Of a stretch of DNA of 64,000 nt, positions 18,424 to 28,088 are shown piece by piece. Positions within the stretch are counted from its first letter, which is position 1, and every line of letters begins with the position of its first letter. The notes beneath the pieces were generated by a model, which was not told where the DNA came from, searched no databases, and saw nothing but the letters and a program-made list of their open reading frames with translations. The position numbers were made by a program, and so were the translations under genes. Origin of the DNA: Candidatus Nanopelagicales bacterium (GTDB taxonomy: Bacteria; Actinomycetota; Actinomycetes; S36-B12); contig WLWL01000003.1 in NCBI GenBank assembly GCA_012103605.1, positions 10,315-74,314 of the forward strand. Reading direction: 5' to 3'.

Positions 18424-19342
18424 GTGTCAGCTCACCTCGATAGCCACGAGCCCAATCGGCGGCGGCCATTGTCTTCTTCCCTGTGGCCTGCACCTCGCCG
18501 AGGACGATGAACCCTCCCCGGGCGCCGATGGTCACCTGTGATTTTTCAACGTGGATGACTCCCGGCGATGCACCTTCGTCCACGACGACCGCCAGCGGGG
18601 TTCCGATGTTGACCCGCTGGCCGTCGATGATGGTCCACGCTCCCGGGTCGGGTGTGCAGGCACGAATCCAGCGATCAACGTCGAGGACGTCGCCGGACCA
18701 ATTCACCCTGGCGTCATCGCTAGAGATGCGAGGGGCGAGCGATACCCCGCCAGAATCTACGGAATCTTGCGTAGCGGGGTTCAACTCGCCAGCCTCCATC
18801 GCATCGATGGTGGACACCAACAAGGTGGCGCCAATGACCGCGAGGCGAGCAAGGAGCGCGCCCGCATCTTCACGATCTCCGATCGCTACCGGGTCTGAGC
18901 GCATCAGGATCGGACCAGTGTCGAGCCCCTCATCGATCGAGAACGTCGTCACACCGGTGTGCGTCTGGCCTGTTCCAATCGCGTGCTGTACCGGAGCAGC
19001 TCCGCGCCAGGCAGGAAGGAGGGAGAAGTGGGCATTCACCCATCCGAACCGTGGGACAGTCAGCAACGGTGCAGGGACCAGCAGGCCGTAGGCGACAACA
19101 GCAACCACATCGGGTGCCCAATCACTGAGCACATCCGCCTCGCGTTGCAGATTGGAGGGAGTGCACACCTCGATGCCGGCTTCTTGCGCATGCATCTTCA
19201 CCGGACTCGCTCGCAGACGTCTCCCCCGACCAGCCGGTGCATCCGGTCGAGTGAGAACACCCACCAACTCGTGGCTGGATTCCTCCAATGCCACAAGGGA
19301 CGCGACAGCTACATCGGGAGTGCCGGCGAAAACGACGCGCAC
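18413..19342 (-). CDS. fmt: methionyl-tRNA formyltransferase
   Basis: The ORF track extends to 19405, but the conserved start VRVVFAGTPDVAV begins at GTG 19342, 4 nt after the def stop. The [18 protein letters not shown] motif is present. Confidence 0.94.
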   Translation of the reverse strand: MRVVFAGTPDVAVASLVALEESSHELVGVLTRPDAPAGRGRRLRASPVKMHAQEAGIEVCTPSNLQREADVLSDWAPDVVAVVAYGLLVPAPLLTVPRFGWVNAHFSLLPAWRGAAPVQHAIGTGQTHTGVTTFSIDEGLDTGPILMRSDPVAIGDREDAGALLARLAVIGATLLVSTIDAMEAGELNPATQDSVDSGGVSLAPRISSDDARVNWSGDVLDVDRWIRACTPDPGAWTIIDGQRVNIGTPLAVVVDEGASPGVIHVEKSQVTIGARGGFIVLGEVQATGKKTMAAADWARGYRGELTRAT

Positions 19343-19346
19343 GGTG

Positions 19347-19895
19347 TCAGAGCCATCGAGAGGGCTGTTGATGGGGGCTGAGCTTGATCTGCACGGGATC
19401 CGCACCGAACCAATCCGACTCGCGAATAGCCTTCATCGCTTCCTTACGCGTCTGCGCGTCGAGGCGATCGATGAACACGATCCCGTCAAGGTGATCGGTT
19501 TCGTGTTGCACGCACCGCGCGAGCAAGTCGCTTCCCTCGAGCGTTATCGGCTCCCCATGCATGTTCATGCCCTTGGCGACCACGCTGCGTGCGCGCTTGC
19601 ATTCGAACATGAGATCCGGGACCGACAAGCAGCCCTCTTCGCCGTCTTGTTGTTCGTCGGACAGATCCAGAACGGGATTGACGAGATGCCCGAGTTCGTC
19701 ATCCACCCAGTAGGTAAAGACCCGCAGGGAGACCCCCAACTGTGGTGCCGCCAGCCCTACGCCGGGGGCGTCCCGCATCGTGTCGGTGAGGTCCTTGACC
19801 AGACCGCGCAGTTCCTTGTCGAAGGTGACAACTTCGGCTGCTGGCGTGCGGAGAACGGGGTCACCGAACAGGCGAATAGGAACGACGCTCACCAT
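19347..19895 (-). CDS. def: peptide deformylase
   Basis: 182 aa with the three Def motifs GVGLAAPQLG, EGCLSVP and QHETDHLDG. Confidence 0.96.
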   Translation of the reverse strand: MVSVVPIRLFGDPVLRTPAAEVVTFDKELRGLVKDLTDTMRDAPGVGLAAPQLGVSLRVFTYWVDDELGHLVNPVLDLSDEQQDGEEGCLSVPDLMFECKRARSVVAKGMNMHGEPITLEGSDLLARCVQHETDHLDGIVFIDRLDAQTRKEAMKAIRESDWFGADPVQIKLSPHQQPSRWL

Positions 19896-19899
19896 CCGC

Positions 19900-19905
19900 A
19901 GTCTA
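19900..19905 (-). promoter_or_regulatory. -10-like TAGACT upstream of def
   Basis: The minus strand reads CCTAGACT-GCGG-ATG-GTG. It is 4 nt from ATG 19895 but 7 nt from the in-frame GTG 19892. Confidence 0.3.
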
Positions 19906-19922
19906 GGTGCGCGGCGATCGGA

Positions 19923-21896
19923 CTACATATCCCGTGGGTCCATGCGCACGCGAACATCGCGCGTCGTCGAATCCTTTGTTGACTCTGTCCGCATCAGCGA
20001 TCCCAATTCGCGGGTGAAGGCTGCCCCCTGCGCTCGGGGAACAACCAGGTAGCTACGGACATGGTGCGAGTCCGGAACTGGAACCGGTCCGAGAATCCGA
20101 TGATGGCTGCGGATCCGATCACCCATTGCCTGCACAGCCGCTTGTGGACCGGTCACTTCGGCCACCCGCGTCACCGGTGGCAACCCAGCCGATGCTCGCT
20201 CGTCCAACTGTCGCTCTGCGAACCAACGGGAGTCCCATCGGACAAGGGCCTGCACTTCTAGACTGCTCGCGCTGGCCACCAGGCACACCTCTCCCCCTTC
20301 GGCCACCAAGCGCGACGCCTCGAACCAGCGTCGGACCTGCTGCTCAGCTCCCGCCAAGGATGGATACACGCTCCGTGCATCCAGAATGACCACGGCGCGA
20401 TACCCCTTCTCGGCTATCGGTTCGGCACCCGGAGTCGCCACGATCAGACTCGGCGTATCCGGCACGCTGCGAACGATTCTGTCGGCTTCGGACCACACGA
20501 TCTGCACACCGGGAAAAGCCCGGCCCAATTCATCCGCTGTTCGACCCGCACCGATGTGGACGGCACGTAGCCGCGATCCTCCGCATTGCGCGCAGGTCCA
20601 TGCTCCATTTAATGCCCCGCATCGACCGCAACGCGCGGCCGCGTGCCCTGAAGACATTTCCAATGCTCCCTGACATGAGTCATCGCGACAACGGGCAGGG
20701 GCTCGGCAGTCTTGGCAAGCGAGAGCGGGGACATATCCTCGCCGCGCGACGAGGAAAAGGACTGGACCATGACGCAGGCCATTGCGCGCCGTCGTCCACG
20801 CAGCACTTGGAATGCGAGCTGACTCGGCCGCCGGATCGCGCGCCCGCTCGTGCTCATCGATGCATCGCACGTTCCACCAACTCGGCCGCTTGGGATCCAC
20901 CGATGCCGCCCAGCCGGAGCGACACCACCAGTGGGTGGCGACGCTCCGCGCTGGAGCCCCGACGAAAACGTCACACGACGTTTGATGCGACCTCATTGCT
21001 GCTACTTCGCGCGCATCCCAGTAAGGCGCGTGTAACTCTCGGTACACATCGTTGCCGTCGTCCCACATGATGATGGCACCCAGGTTTTCAACAGGTGCGA
21101 AGACCGCGGTTCGGGTTCCGATCACCACCGTCGCTTGCCCGGTCCTCACCCGTAGAAACTCTCGGTAGCGACGTTCCGGTCCGACATCCGCGCTCAACTC
21201 CGCGATATCCGATTCCGACATGACCGTGGCCAATTCCGATCGCACGCGAGCGACGTCAGCCGCGTCCGGCACGACGATGATGACTCCGCGCCCTTCGGAT
21301 CGCTTCCACCGCGCCAGGGAGACGATCTCCGCAACTGTGTCGCTTGCCGGGGCCGAACTCCACACCACTCGTGCCGGCGATGCCTCCTCAGGCCATCGGT
21401 AGTGGCGCCACGCGGGGTCGGCCGCTGGGTGTGCCGACGTGTGTGCCGACGTGTCCTGCGTCGATGATGTCGCAGGCGCGGGTGCCGCGTCTGACTCAGC
21501 GACCTTCCGCAGCACCGAGGATTCCGCTCGCGCATGTCGGGTCGGGACAGCCGCCCGGGCCACGTCCCAAAAAGTCCCGACATACCTGTCGGCAACGTCC
21601 TGGATCAACGTGAGGGTTTCGAGCGACAACGGCGGTTGCGCGTCGATCACGCGCTCGAGTGGCTTCGGCGAGTCGACATCTGCCTCATCAATGCGGTCGA
21701 TGACGTACGCGTCGCGCAATCGCCCAGAGAAACGAACGCGGACTCGAGCGCCGGGTACTGCCCTCTCGTGCCATTCCTCGGGAACGAGATAGTCGAAGTC
21801 TCGATCGAGATGCATGACGCCTAGGTCGACGCGCACGCGGGCGATCGGACCTAGCGACCCTTCGACGGGTCTATTCGGATGGACCTCGTTAGACAC
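19923..21896 (-). CDS. priA: primosomal protein N' (PriA) with degenerate ATPase motifs
   Basis: The ORF (track 19923..21986) aligns in order with PriA: [32 protein letters not shown], and the Cys-rich zinc region [10 protein letters not shown]...CGRCG...CAQCGG. There is no GxGK[ST] anywhere. The start is set at GTG 21896, overlapping the metK stop, and is uncertain. Confidence 0.85.
   Translation of the reverse strand: MSNEVHPNRPVEGSLGPIARVRVDLGVMHLDRDFDYLVPEEWHERAVPGARVRVRFSGRLRDAYVIDRIDEADVDSPKPLERVIDAQPPLSLETLTLIQDVADRYVGTFWDVARAAVPTRHARAESSVLRKVAESDAAPAPATSSTQDTSAHTSAHPAADPAWRHYRWPEEASPARVVWSSAPASDTVAEIVSLARWKRSEGRGVIIVVPDAADVARVRSELATVMSESDIAELSADVGPERRYREFLRVRTGQATVVIGTRTAVFAPVENLGAIIMWDDGNDVYRELHAPYWDAREVAAMRSHQTSCDVFVGAPARSVATHWWCRSGWAASVDPKRPSWWNVRCIDEHERARDPAAESARIPSAAWTTARNGLRHGPVLFLVARRGYVPALACQDCRAPARCRDDSCQGALEMSSGHAAARCGRCGALNGAWTCAQCGGSRLRAVHIGAGRTADELGRAFPGVQIVWSEADRIVRSVPDTPSLIVATPGAEPIAEKGYRAVVILDARSVYPSLAGAEQQVRRWFEASRLVAEGGEVCLVASASSLEVQALVRWDSRWFAERQLDERASAGLPPVTRVAEVTGPQAAVQAMGDRIRSHHRILGPVPVPDSHHVRSYLVVPRAQGAAFTRELGSLMRTESTKDSTTRDVRVRMDPRDM
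21429..21452 (-). repeat. 12-nt tandem duplication inside priA
   Basis: GTGTGCCGACGT occurs twice on the plus strand and encodes TSAH-TSAH in a low-complexity linker. Confidence 0.9.
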
Positions 21897-23139
21897 CCGC
21901 TGCTGTGCGGAGATCCGCCGCCCGATCGGTGCTCTCCCACGTGAACGTGGGCCCAACCTCGGTCCGCCGGGATGGTTCATCGGCATCGAGCAACTGGTTG
22001 ACGCCTTGCGGACGACCGAAGTGACCGTAGGCGCTGGTGGTGCGGTAGATCGGGCGCAGGAGATCGAGGTCGCGAATGATCGCCGCGGGGCGCAGGTCGA
22101 AGACCGCCAACACGGCTTCTTGGATCTGCTCGTCGCTCATGACTCCTGTGCCAAAGGTTTGCACGAACACGCCGACAGGATGTGAGACGCCGATGGCGTA
22201 GGCAACCTGCACCTCGCATCGAGAGGCGAGACCCGCGGCCACCACGTTCTTGGCCACCCAGCGCATGGCGTACGTGGCCGACCGGTCCACCTTCGACGGA
22301 TCCTTTCCGGAGAAGGCCCCACCACCGTGACGCGCCATGCCGCCGTAGGTGTCAACGATGATTTTTCGTCCGGTGAGACCGGCGTCGCCCATCGGACCGC
22401 CGACTTCGAATCGTCCTGTCGGATTAACGAGCAGGCGGTAGTCACGGCTATCGACATCGAACGTTTCCAGAATCGGATCCACCACGTGACGACGAACATC
22501 CGGAGTCAGCGTTGCATCGAGATCCACATCAGCGGCGTGCTGGCTGCTCACGACGATCGTGTCGATACCCGTCGGACGATCGTCCTCGTCATAGCTGATC
22601 GTCACCTGCGTCTTACCGTCAGGGCGGAGGTAGTCGAGGGTTCCGTCCTTGCGCTTGGCCGTCAACTGCTCGCTCAAGCGGTGCGCCATCGAGATCGGCA
22701 GCGGCATGAGCTCTTCGGTGTCGGTGCACGCGTAGCCGAACATCAACCCCTGGTCACCGGCGCCCTGACGATCGAGGGGATCCTCGCTGCCGTCGGCTCG
22801 CTCTTCGTATGCATCGTCCACTCCTTGGGCGATGTCGGCGGACTGCTTGCCGATCGAGACGCTGATCCCGCATGACTCACCATCGAAGCCCTTGACGGAG
22901 GAGTCATAGCCGATGTCGAGCACGGTTTGGCGCACCAGGTTCATCACATCGGCGAAACCTTCGGTGGTCACCTCACCAGATACGTGCACCTGACCCGTCG
23001 TCAGCATTGTCTCGACGGCGACGCGGCTGCGGGGATCTTGCCGCAACAGATCGTCGAGGATGGCGTCGCTGATTTGGTCGGCCATCTTGTCCGGATGACC
23101 TTCGGTAACCGACTCCGACGTGAATAGGCGTTGCGACAC
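21889..23139 (-). CDS. metK: S-adenosylmethionine synthase
   Basis: 416 aa with [22 protein letters not shown] and [17 protein letters not shown]. The GTG start is preceded by GAGGGAG. Confidence 0.97.
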   Translation of the reverse strand: MSQRLFTSESVTEGHPDKMADQISDAILDDLLRQDPRSRVAVETMLTTGQVHVSGEVTTEGFADVMNLVRQTVLDIGYDSSVKGFDGESCGISVSIGKQSADIAQGVDDAYEERADGSEDPLDRQGAGDQGLMFGYACTDTEELMPLPISMAHRLSEQLTAKRKDGTLDYLRPDGKTQVTISYDEDDRPTGIDTIVVSSQHAADVDLDATLTPDVRRHVVDPILETFDVDSRDYRLLVNPTGRFEVGGPMGDAGLTGRKIIVDTYGGMARHGGGAFSGKDPSKVDRSATYAMRWVAKNVVAAGLASRCEVQVAYAIGVSHPVGVFVQTFGTGVMSDEQIQEAVLAVFDLRPAAIIRDLDLLRPIYRTTSAYGHFGRPQGVNQLLDADEPSRRTEVGPTFTWESTDRAADLRTAAGV

Positions 23140-23191
23140 GAGGCTCCCTCACAGCTGTGGAATGCCGAGGGTGATCCTCGACGGCGCGAGC

Positions 23192-23197
23192 AGTCTA
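23192..23197 (-). promoter_or_regulatory. -10-like TAGACT upstream of metK (leadered; contains the coaBC TAG stop)
   Basis: The minus strand reads GCTAGACT, followed by a leader of about 45 nt ending in GAGGGAG and the GTG. Confidence 0.3.
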
Positions 23198-24439
23198 GCG
23201 ATCGAAACGCACTGCGTCCCAGATGGCATGCGCGGCGATTTCCTTGCTGACCGCCTCGCGGAGGTCGCAATCGCCATTGGCGTCGAGGATGGCCACGGAC
23301 GTCTCTTCCTCGCCGAAAACCGCCCCGTCGGAGACGTCGTTCGCGACGAGATAGTCGCATCCCTTGCGTTCGAGTTTGGCGAGAGCTCGGGTGGTGAGCG
23401 ACTCGCCCTCGGCTGGAGTCTCGGCGGCGAACCCCACGATGACGGGTGTCGAGCTCGATCCGCGCTTAGCCACCAATTCGGCCAAAACGTCCGTCGTTCG
23501 CTCCAACACGAGCTCCGGTGCCGCCCCATCGTCCAACAATTCCTTGGTGATCTTGCCTGGATGCGAGGTGACAGGACGGAAGTCAGCGACGGCCGCAGCC
23601 ATCACGACGACGTCGGGGGTCTCCTGGGCGACGAGTTCGTGCATGACCGACCGGAGTTCCTCTGCCGTGCCGACCCGGCGTACGGCGCACCCAGCCGGAG
23701 CGCCTACGTCGAGATCACCATCGACGTGCGCGATGACGGCGGTCACGGTGGCTCCCCGAGCGATCGCGGTACGAGCCAGGGCGAAGCCTTGGAGACCGCT
23801 GCTCTTATTGCCGAGGAAGCGCACGTCGTCCCAGGGCTCTTGCGTTCCGCCGATGCTGATCACCACGTGCCGGCCGTGCAGGTCTGAGCGTGCAACCCGA
23901 CCACTACTGGCCATGGCGAGAGTGGTTCGCGCCGCTTCAGCAATCGCCCGGGGCTCGGGAAGTCGCCCCGCCCCGGAGTCCGAACCTGTGAGCCGCCCGT
24001 CAGCTGGGTCGAGGACGACCGCACCACGCTCTCGGAGCACACGAACATTCGCCTGGGTGGCCGGGTGCAACCACATTTCGGTGTGCATGGCAGGCGCGAT
24101 CACGACACGACCACGAGTGGTCAACAACACGTTGGTGAGCAAGTCACTAGCGATCCCGTGCGACGCACGAGCTAGGAAATCCGCCGTGGCCGGTGCGACG
24201 ATCACGAGATCGGCCCGCTGACCGAGTTCCACGTGCGGGACCTCGTGCGGGGACTCCCACAACTCACGAGCGACCGGCTTGCCGGACAGAGCGGCCCACG
24301 TCGGTTCGCCCACGAAACGAAGTGCGGACGCCGTGGGCACGACTGTGACGTCGTGACCGGACTCGGTCAGGTCGCGAAGAAGGGAGACGGCTTTGTACGC
24401 GGCGATTCCGCCGGTGACTCCGAGAACGATGTCGGCCAT
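23195..24439 (-). CDS. coaBC: bifunctional phosphopantothenoylcysteine decarboxylase / phosphopantothenate--cysteine ligase
   Basis: The ORF track runs to 24718 across rpoZ. The conserved N-terminus MADIVLGVTGGIAAYKAVSLLRDL starts at ATG 24439. A flavoprotein domain is followed by the CoaB domain. Confidence 0.94.
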   Translation of the reverse strand: MADIVLGVTGGIAAYKAVSLLRDLTESGHDVTVVPTASALRFVGEPTWAALSGKPVARELWESPHEVPHVELGQRADLVIVAPATADFLARASHGIASDLLTNVLLTTRGRVVIAPAMHTEMWLHPATQANVRVLRERGAVVLDPADGRLTGSDSGAGRLPEPRAIAEAARTTLAMASSGRVARSDLHGRHVVISIGGTQEPWDDVRFLGNKSSGLQGFALARTAIARGATVTAVIAHVDGDLDVGAPAGCAVRRVGTAEELRSVMHELVAQETPDVVVMAAAVADFRPVTSHPGKITKELLDDGAAPELVLERTTDVLAELVAKRGSSSTPVIVGFAAETPAEGESLTTRALAKLERKGCDYLVANDVSDGAVFGEEETSVAILDANGDCDLREAVSKEIAAHAIWDAVRFDR

Positions 24440-24458
24440 AACGACCGTCGGGCCTTCC

Positions 24459-24815
24459 CTACTCGGTTTCCTCGCCCGCAGCGAAGGGATCGACGGGCGC
24501 GGCGCCGCTGGTGGCGGCTGCTTCCTCAGCTGCTTGAGCGGCTGCTTCAGCTGCGGCCTGGGCAGGGTCGAAAGGTTCAGAGGTGAGTAACCCTGCGTCA
24601 ATCTCGCGCATGGCGATAGACAGCGGCTTTTCCTGGACGTAGGTCTCCACCAGGGGGCCGACGTATTCCAGGAGCCCCTCGCCAAGCTGGGAGTAGTACG
24701 CGTTGATCTGGCGAGCACGTTTCGCTGCGTAGCTCACCAATGAATACTTCGAGTCTGTCTTTTCCAACAGATCGTCGATCGAGGGGTAGGTGATGCCCTC
24801 TGGCTGTGACGTCAC
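24459..24815 (-). CDS. rpoZ: DNA-directed RNA polymerase subunit omega
   Basis: 118 aa with [33 protein letters not shown] start with GAGGAA upstream. Ala/Glu-rich C-terminal tail. Confidence 0.94.
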   Translation of the reverse strand: MTSQPEGITYPSIDDLLEKTDSKYSLVSYAAKRARQINAYYSQLGEGLLEYVGPLVETYVQEKPLSIAMREIDAGLLTSEPFDPAQAAAEAAAQAAEEAAATSGAAPVDPFAAGEETE

Positions 24816-24825
24816 AGGTGGTTCC

Positions 24826-25428
24826 TCATTTGCCGTTGGGGGAACTCTCGGAGTGTCCCGAGAGGCCCGCAGAGTCTATCAAGGCCTCCGCACACTGCTC
24901 GACGTCGGCGTTGACGAGCACATGGTCGAACTCCGCCGCGGCCGCCAACTCGGCTTCGGCGGCGGCGAACCGGGCTGCTTGAGCATCCTGATCTTCTGTT
25001 CCGCGCCCGGTGAGCCTGTCGAGGAGGACGTCGATGCTCGGCGGAGCAAGAAAGATCAGCGTGGCGTCGGGCTCGGCTTCGCGCACCTGACGGGCCCCTT
25101 GCACCTCGATTTCCAACAGCACCGGCGTTCCTGCCATCCGGTGGGCGTGGACCTGCGCGCGAGGCGTGCCGTACCGATTGCCCGCGAACTCCGCCCACTC
25201 AAGCAGGCCGCCTTTGGAAGCCAGTTGATCGAACGACTCCCGGGTGTGGAAGGTGTACTCGACTCCATCGGTTTCGCCCGGGCGAGGTTGTCGTGTTGTC
25301 GCCGACACCGATAGCCACACCGATGGACAGCGACGAAGCACCTCAGCAACCACCGTGCTCTTACCGACGCCGGAGGGACCGCTCACCACGACAAGTGGCG
25401 CGGGGCTTTGCTCGACCGATTTGCTCAT
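24826..25428 (-). CDS. gmk: guanylate kinase
   Basis: 200 aa with P-loop [11 protein letters not shown] and a GMP-binding region. The ATG overlaps the pyrF stop (ATGA). Confidence 0.95.
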   Translation of the reverse strand: MSKSVEQSPAPLVVVSGPSGVGKSTVVAEVLRRCPSVWLSVSATTRQPRPGETDGVEYTFHTRESFDQLASKGGLLEWAEFAGNRYGTPRAQVHAHRMAGTPVLLEIEVQGARQVREAEPDATLIFLAPPSIDVLLDRLTGRGTEDQDAQAARFAAAEAELAAAAEFDHVLVNADVEQCAEALIDSAGLSGHSESSPNGK

Positions 25429-26258
25429 CAGGTTCTACATTCTTCTGCGATGGCAATCGCTGCTGCTCGTGGGTCTGGCTCTCCCGTGATGGGCCGCCCG
25501 ATGACCAAGAGATCCGATCCGTCGGCGAGCGCTTGCGCCGGCGTTGACGCGCGACGCTGATCATGCGCGCTCGCCCCCGCCGGTCTAATTCCCGGGGTGA
25601 TCAGGTGGACCTCCGACGGAACGATCGATCGCAGCAGGGCCACCTCGTGGGGCGAGCAGACCAGTGCCCGTGCGCCAGCGTCGACGGCAGTGGATGCCCA
25701 TCGAGCGACGATGTCCGAAGGTGAACCGGAGATTCCCAATTCTCGAGCAGATGCCTGATCCAAACTCGTCAAGAGGGTCACCGCCGTCACCCGGGTGTCC
25801 GGTAGCGCCTCGACGGCCGCGCACACCATCTGCGGACCTCCCGACGCATGCACCGTCAGATACGTCGGTGCGAGCGGCGCGACGGCTCGGGCAGCCCCGG
25901 CAACGGTTGCCGGTATGTCGTGCAACTTCAGATCCAAGAAAATCGAGATGTCCGGGTGATCGGCATCCCGCGCAGCATCTCGGGCGGCGAGAACACTGAG
26001 ATGACCATCCCGGCAGAAAGCTTCCAATCCAACCTTGAGGCATCGCACATGCGGCGCAACGCTGGTGGCCCAGGAGGTCAGCGTTGAAATATCGGGCGCA
26101 TCGAGGGCGACCGCGATGGGCGCGATGTACGGAGCCGGTTCTTCGGTGCTCTGCCTCGGATTACTCGGTGATGAAATCCCAATCCTCCAGTGAGCTCGTT
26201 TCCTGCGGAGCAGGTGTGGTGTGCTGCGTGCTCGCAGGCGAGGGAACGTCGCGGTCAT
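25428..26258 (-). CDS. pyrF: orotidine 5'-phosphate decarboxylase
   Basis: Motifs [20 protein letters not shown] and LLVIGRPI. The only ATG or GTG (26258) gives a 98-nt overlap with pyrD, so the true start is uncertain. Confidence 0.9.
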   Translation of the reverse strand: MTATFPRLRARSTPHLLRRKRAHWRIGISSPSNPRQSTEEPAPYIAPIAVALDAPDISTLTSWATSVAPHVRCLKVGLEAFCRDGHLSVLAARDAARDADHPDISIFLDLKLHDIPATVAGAARAVAPLAPTYLTVHASGGPQMVCAAVEALPDTRVTAVTLLTSLDQASARELGISGSPSDIVARWASTAVDAGARALVCSPHEVALLRSIVPSEVHLITPGIRPAGASAHDQRRASTPAQALADGSDLLVIGRPITGEPDPRAAAIAIAEECRT

Positions 26259-27234
26259 CCGCGCGATGCGCGAATCCGATCACGTCCTGCACGCGATCGA
26301 ATCCTCGCGCCCGCACCTCCCGTGCAAGTTCTGTATGGATTCGACTCGGCGCGCTCGGGTCGTGGAAGACGGCCGTGCCCACCGATACCGCGGTGGCTCC
26401 GGCGAGCAAGAATTCCAGGGCGTCTCGACCGGATCGGATACCTCCCATCCCAATGATCGGGATTGTGGGAAACGCTTGATGCACCTGCCAGACGCAGCGC
26501 AGAGCGACCGGTCTGATAGCCGGCCCGGAGAGCCCACCGGTTGTTCCCGCTAGCGTCGGGCGCATGGTGGTCGTGTCGATTACCAGGCCGAGCAACGTAT
26601 TAATCAAAGACAGGCCCGTGGCGCCTGCACGAATAACCGCGTCGGCGATTTCGACGATGTCTGTTACGTCCGGAGACAACTTCGCAAAAATTGGGATCCG
26701 CGAGTCGGAGCTTCGACGGACCGTTTGCACCACCTGAGCAGCAGACTCCGCTCGACACGCGAAAACTTGGCCACGATCGGCAACATTGGGGCAGGAGATG
26801 TTGACTTCGATGGCGTCAAACCCACCCGAGCTGCGTAACTTGGCGGCCAAACGCCCGTACTCCTCCACCGTCTCCCCCGCGATGGACACGATCGTGCGTG
26901 CTCCACGCTCGTTGAGCCAGGTGAGATCGTTCTCGATGAAGGCATCGATCCCGGGGCCCTGCAGCCCAATCGAATTGAGCATGCCGCTCGGCGTCTCGGA
27001 CATGCGCGGCGTTGCTCGTCCGGCCCGCGGTTTCAGCATGATGCTCTTGGTGACGATCGCACCAAGTTCGGTGATATCGAAGAAGGCATCCAACTCTCGA
27101 CCCGCCGCCGCACATCCGCTCGCCGTCAAAATGGGGCTGGGCAAGTCGATCCCGGCAAGTTCGACGCCGGTGTCGGCGTGCTCGGTCGGTTGACGGCGGT
27201 CTGGATCACCGCCGGTGACGACAGCTGCGCTCAC
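26161..27234 (-). CDS. pyrD: dihydroorotate dehydrogenase, class 1B catalytic subunit
   Basis: 357 aa with LTASGC, NSIGLQGPGIDAF, NISCPN and IIGMGGI. It pairs with an upstream pyrK. It has a C-terminal tail of about 30 aa (...[18 protein letters not shown]). Confidence 0.93.
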   Translation of the reverse strand: MSAAVVTGGDPDRRQPTEHADTGVELAGIDLPSPILTASGCAAAGRELDAFFDITELGAIVTKSIMLKPRAGRATPRMSETPSGMLNSIGLQGPGIDAFIENDLTWLNERGARTIVSIAGETVEEYGRLAAKLRSSGGFDAIEVNISCPNVADRGQVFACRAESAAQVVQTVRRSSDSRIPIFAKLSPDVTDIVEIADAVIRAGATGLSLINTLLGLVIDTTTMRPTLAGTTGGLSGPAIRPVALRCVWQVHQAFPTIPIIGMGGIRSGRDALEFLLAGATAVSVGTAVFHDPSAPSRIHTELAREVRARGFDRVQDVIGFAHRADDRDVPSPASTQHTTPAPQETSSLEDWDFITE

Positions 27235-28088
27235 AATTCACCCCCGCTATCCGGGGCCCCGATGGCGTCGGCCGGAATGGTGTTGATGTCTCGCCAGCGC
27301 ACTCGGTCACCACGAAATACCGGGCCCTCGACGCAAGATCGAACCATGCGGGTGGCGCCGTCTGCCCCGATGACCGGGAGAACACACGTCATGCACACAC
27401 CGATACCGCACGCCATCGCCTCTTCCACTGCGCACTCGCTGTACACGCGCTGCTTCGTCGAGATGCGGGCAACTTCGGACAACATGGGCATGGGTCCGCA
27501 CGCGTACACCACATCCGCGCCCGCCCGTTGCAAGACGTTGTCGAGAACGTCGGTGACGGTGCCGCGAACACCGCTACTTCCGTCATCGGTGGTGATCGTC
27601 AGCGCAGACGCCAACCGCTTCAACTCCAACACACCGAACAATCTGTCTTCTGTGGAGGCACCGATGATCATGTCAACGCGGCAGCCGCGCTCGCGTAGAG
27701 CTTGAGCCAACATAAACATCGGTGCGCTGCCGTAGCCGCCACCGACCAGAACACAGGAGACCCCCTGCTTGGGAAGGGAGAAGGGTTGACCGAGTGGACC
27801 CACGACGTTGAGAACATCGTGGCGCCGCCTGCGGGCGAGCCACTCGGTTCCTGTGCCGGCGACGGAGATAGCAATGTCCAGGGTCCCTCCGTACACGCCC
27901 CGCGAAGCCACCTGGTGAATTGCGAATGCCCGTCGAAGCACCATGCTCGACTCTTCGCCGCCCATGGCGATGGTGACGAAGTGGCCCGGTTGAGCGCTCT
28001 CGGCTATCCCCGGCGCGGTGAGGGAAAGAACGTGGTAATCCCCCACTCGACGGTTGTCCAGAACTTCGGATTTGATCTGCTGCACCAT
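27231..28088 (-). CDS. pyrK: dihydroorotate dehydrogenase electron-transfer subunit
   Basis: 285 aa. FAD/NAD-binding fold (RAFAIH, LVGGGYGSAP) and a C-terminal 2Fe-2S cluster motif CGIGVCMTCV...C. Confidence 0.92.
   Translation of the reverse strand: MVQQIKSEVLDNRRVGDYHVLSLTAPGIAESAQPGHFVTIAMGGEESSMVLRRAFAIHQVASRGVYGGTLDIAISVAGTGTEWLARRRRHDVLNVVGPLGQPFSLPKQGVSCVLVGGGYGSAPMFMLAQALRERGCRVDMIIGASTEDRLFGVLELKRLASALTITTDDGSSGVRGTVTDVLDNVLQRAGADVVYACGPMPMLSEVARISTKQRVYSECAVEEAMACGIGVCMTCVLPVIGADGATRMVRSCVEGPVFRGDRVRWRDINTIPADAIGAPDSGGEL

Noticed and set aside
23195-24718. N-terminally extended ORF-track models: coaBC 507 aa, hisG 327 aa, hisE 155 aa, hisH 259 aa, hisD 522 aa, fmt 330 aa, the 343-aa ORF at 32552..33583, and the dsbA-like 325 aa.
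   Set aside because: The extensions overlap the upstream gene out of frame and are non-conserved Arg/Pro-rich sequence. Conserved N-termini begin at internal ATG or GTG codons that sit at stop/start overlaps or behind a Shine-Dalgarno.
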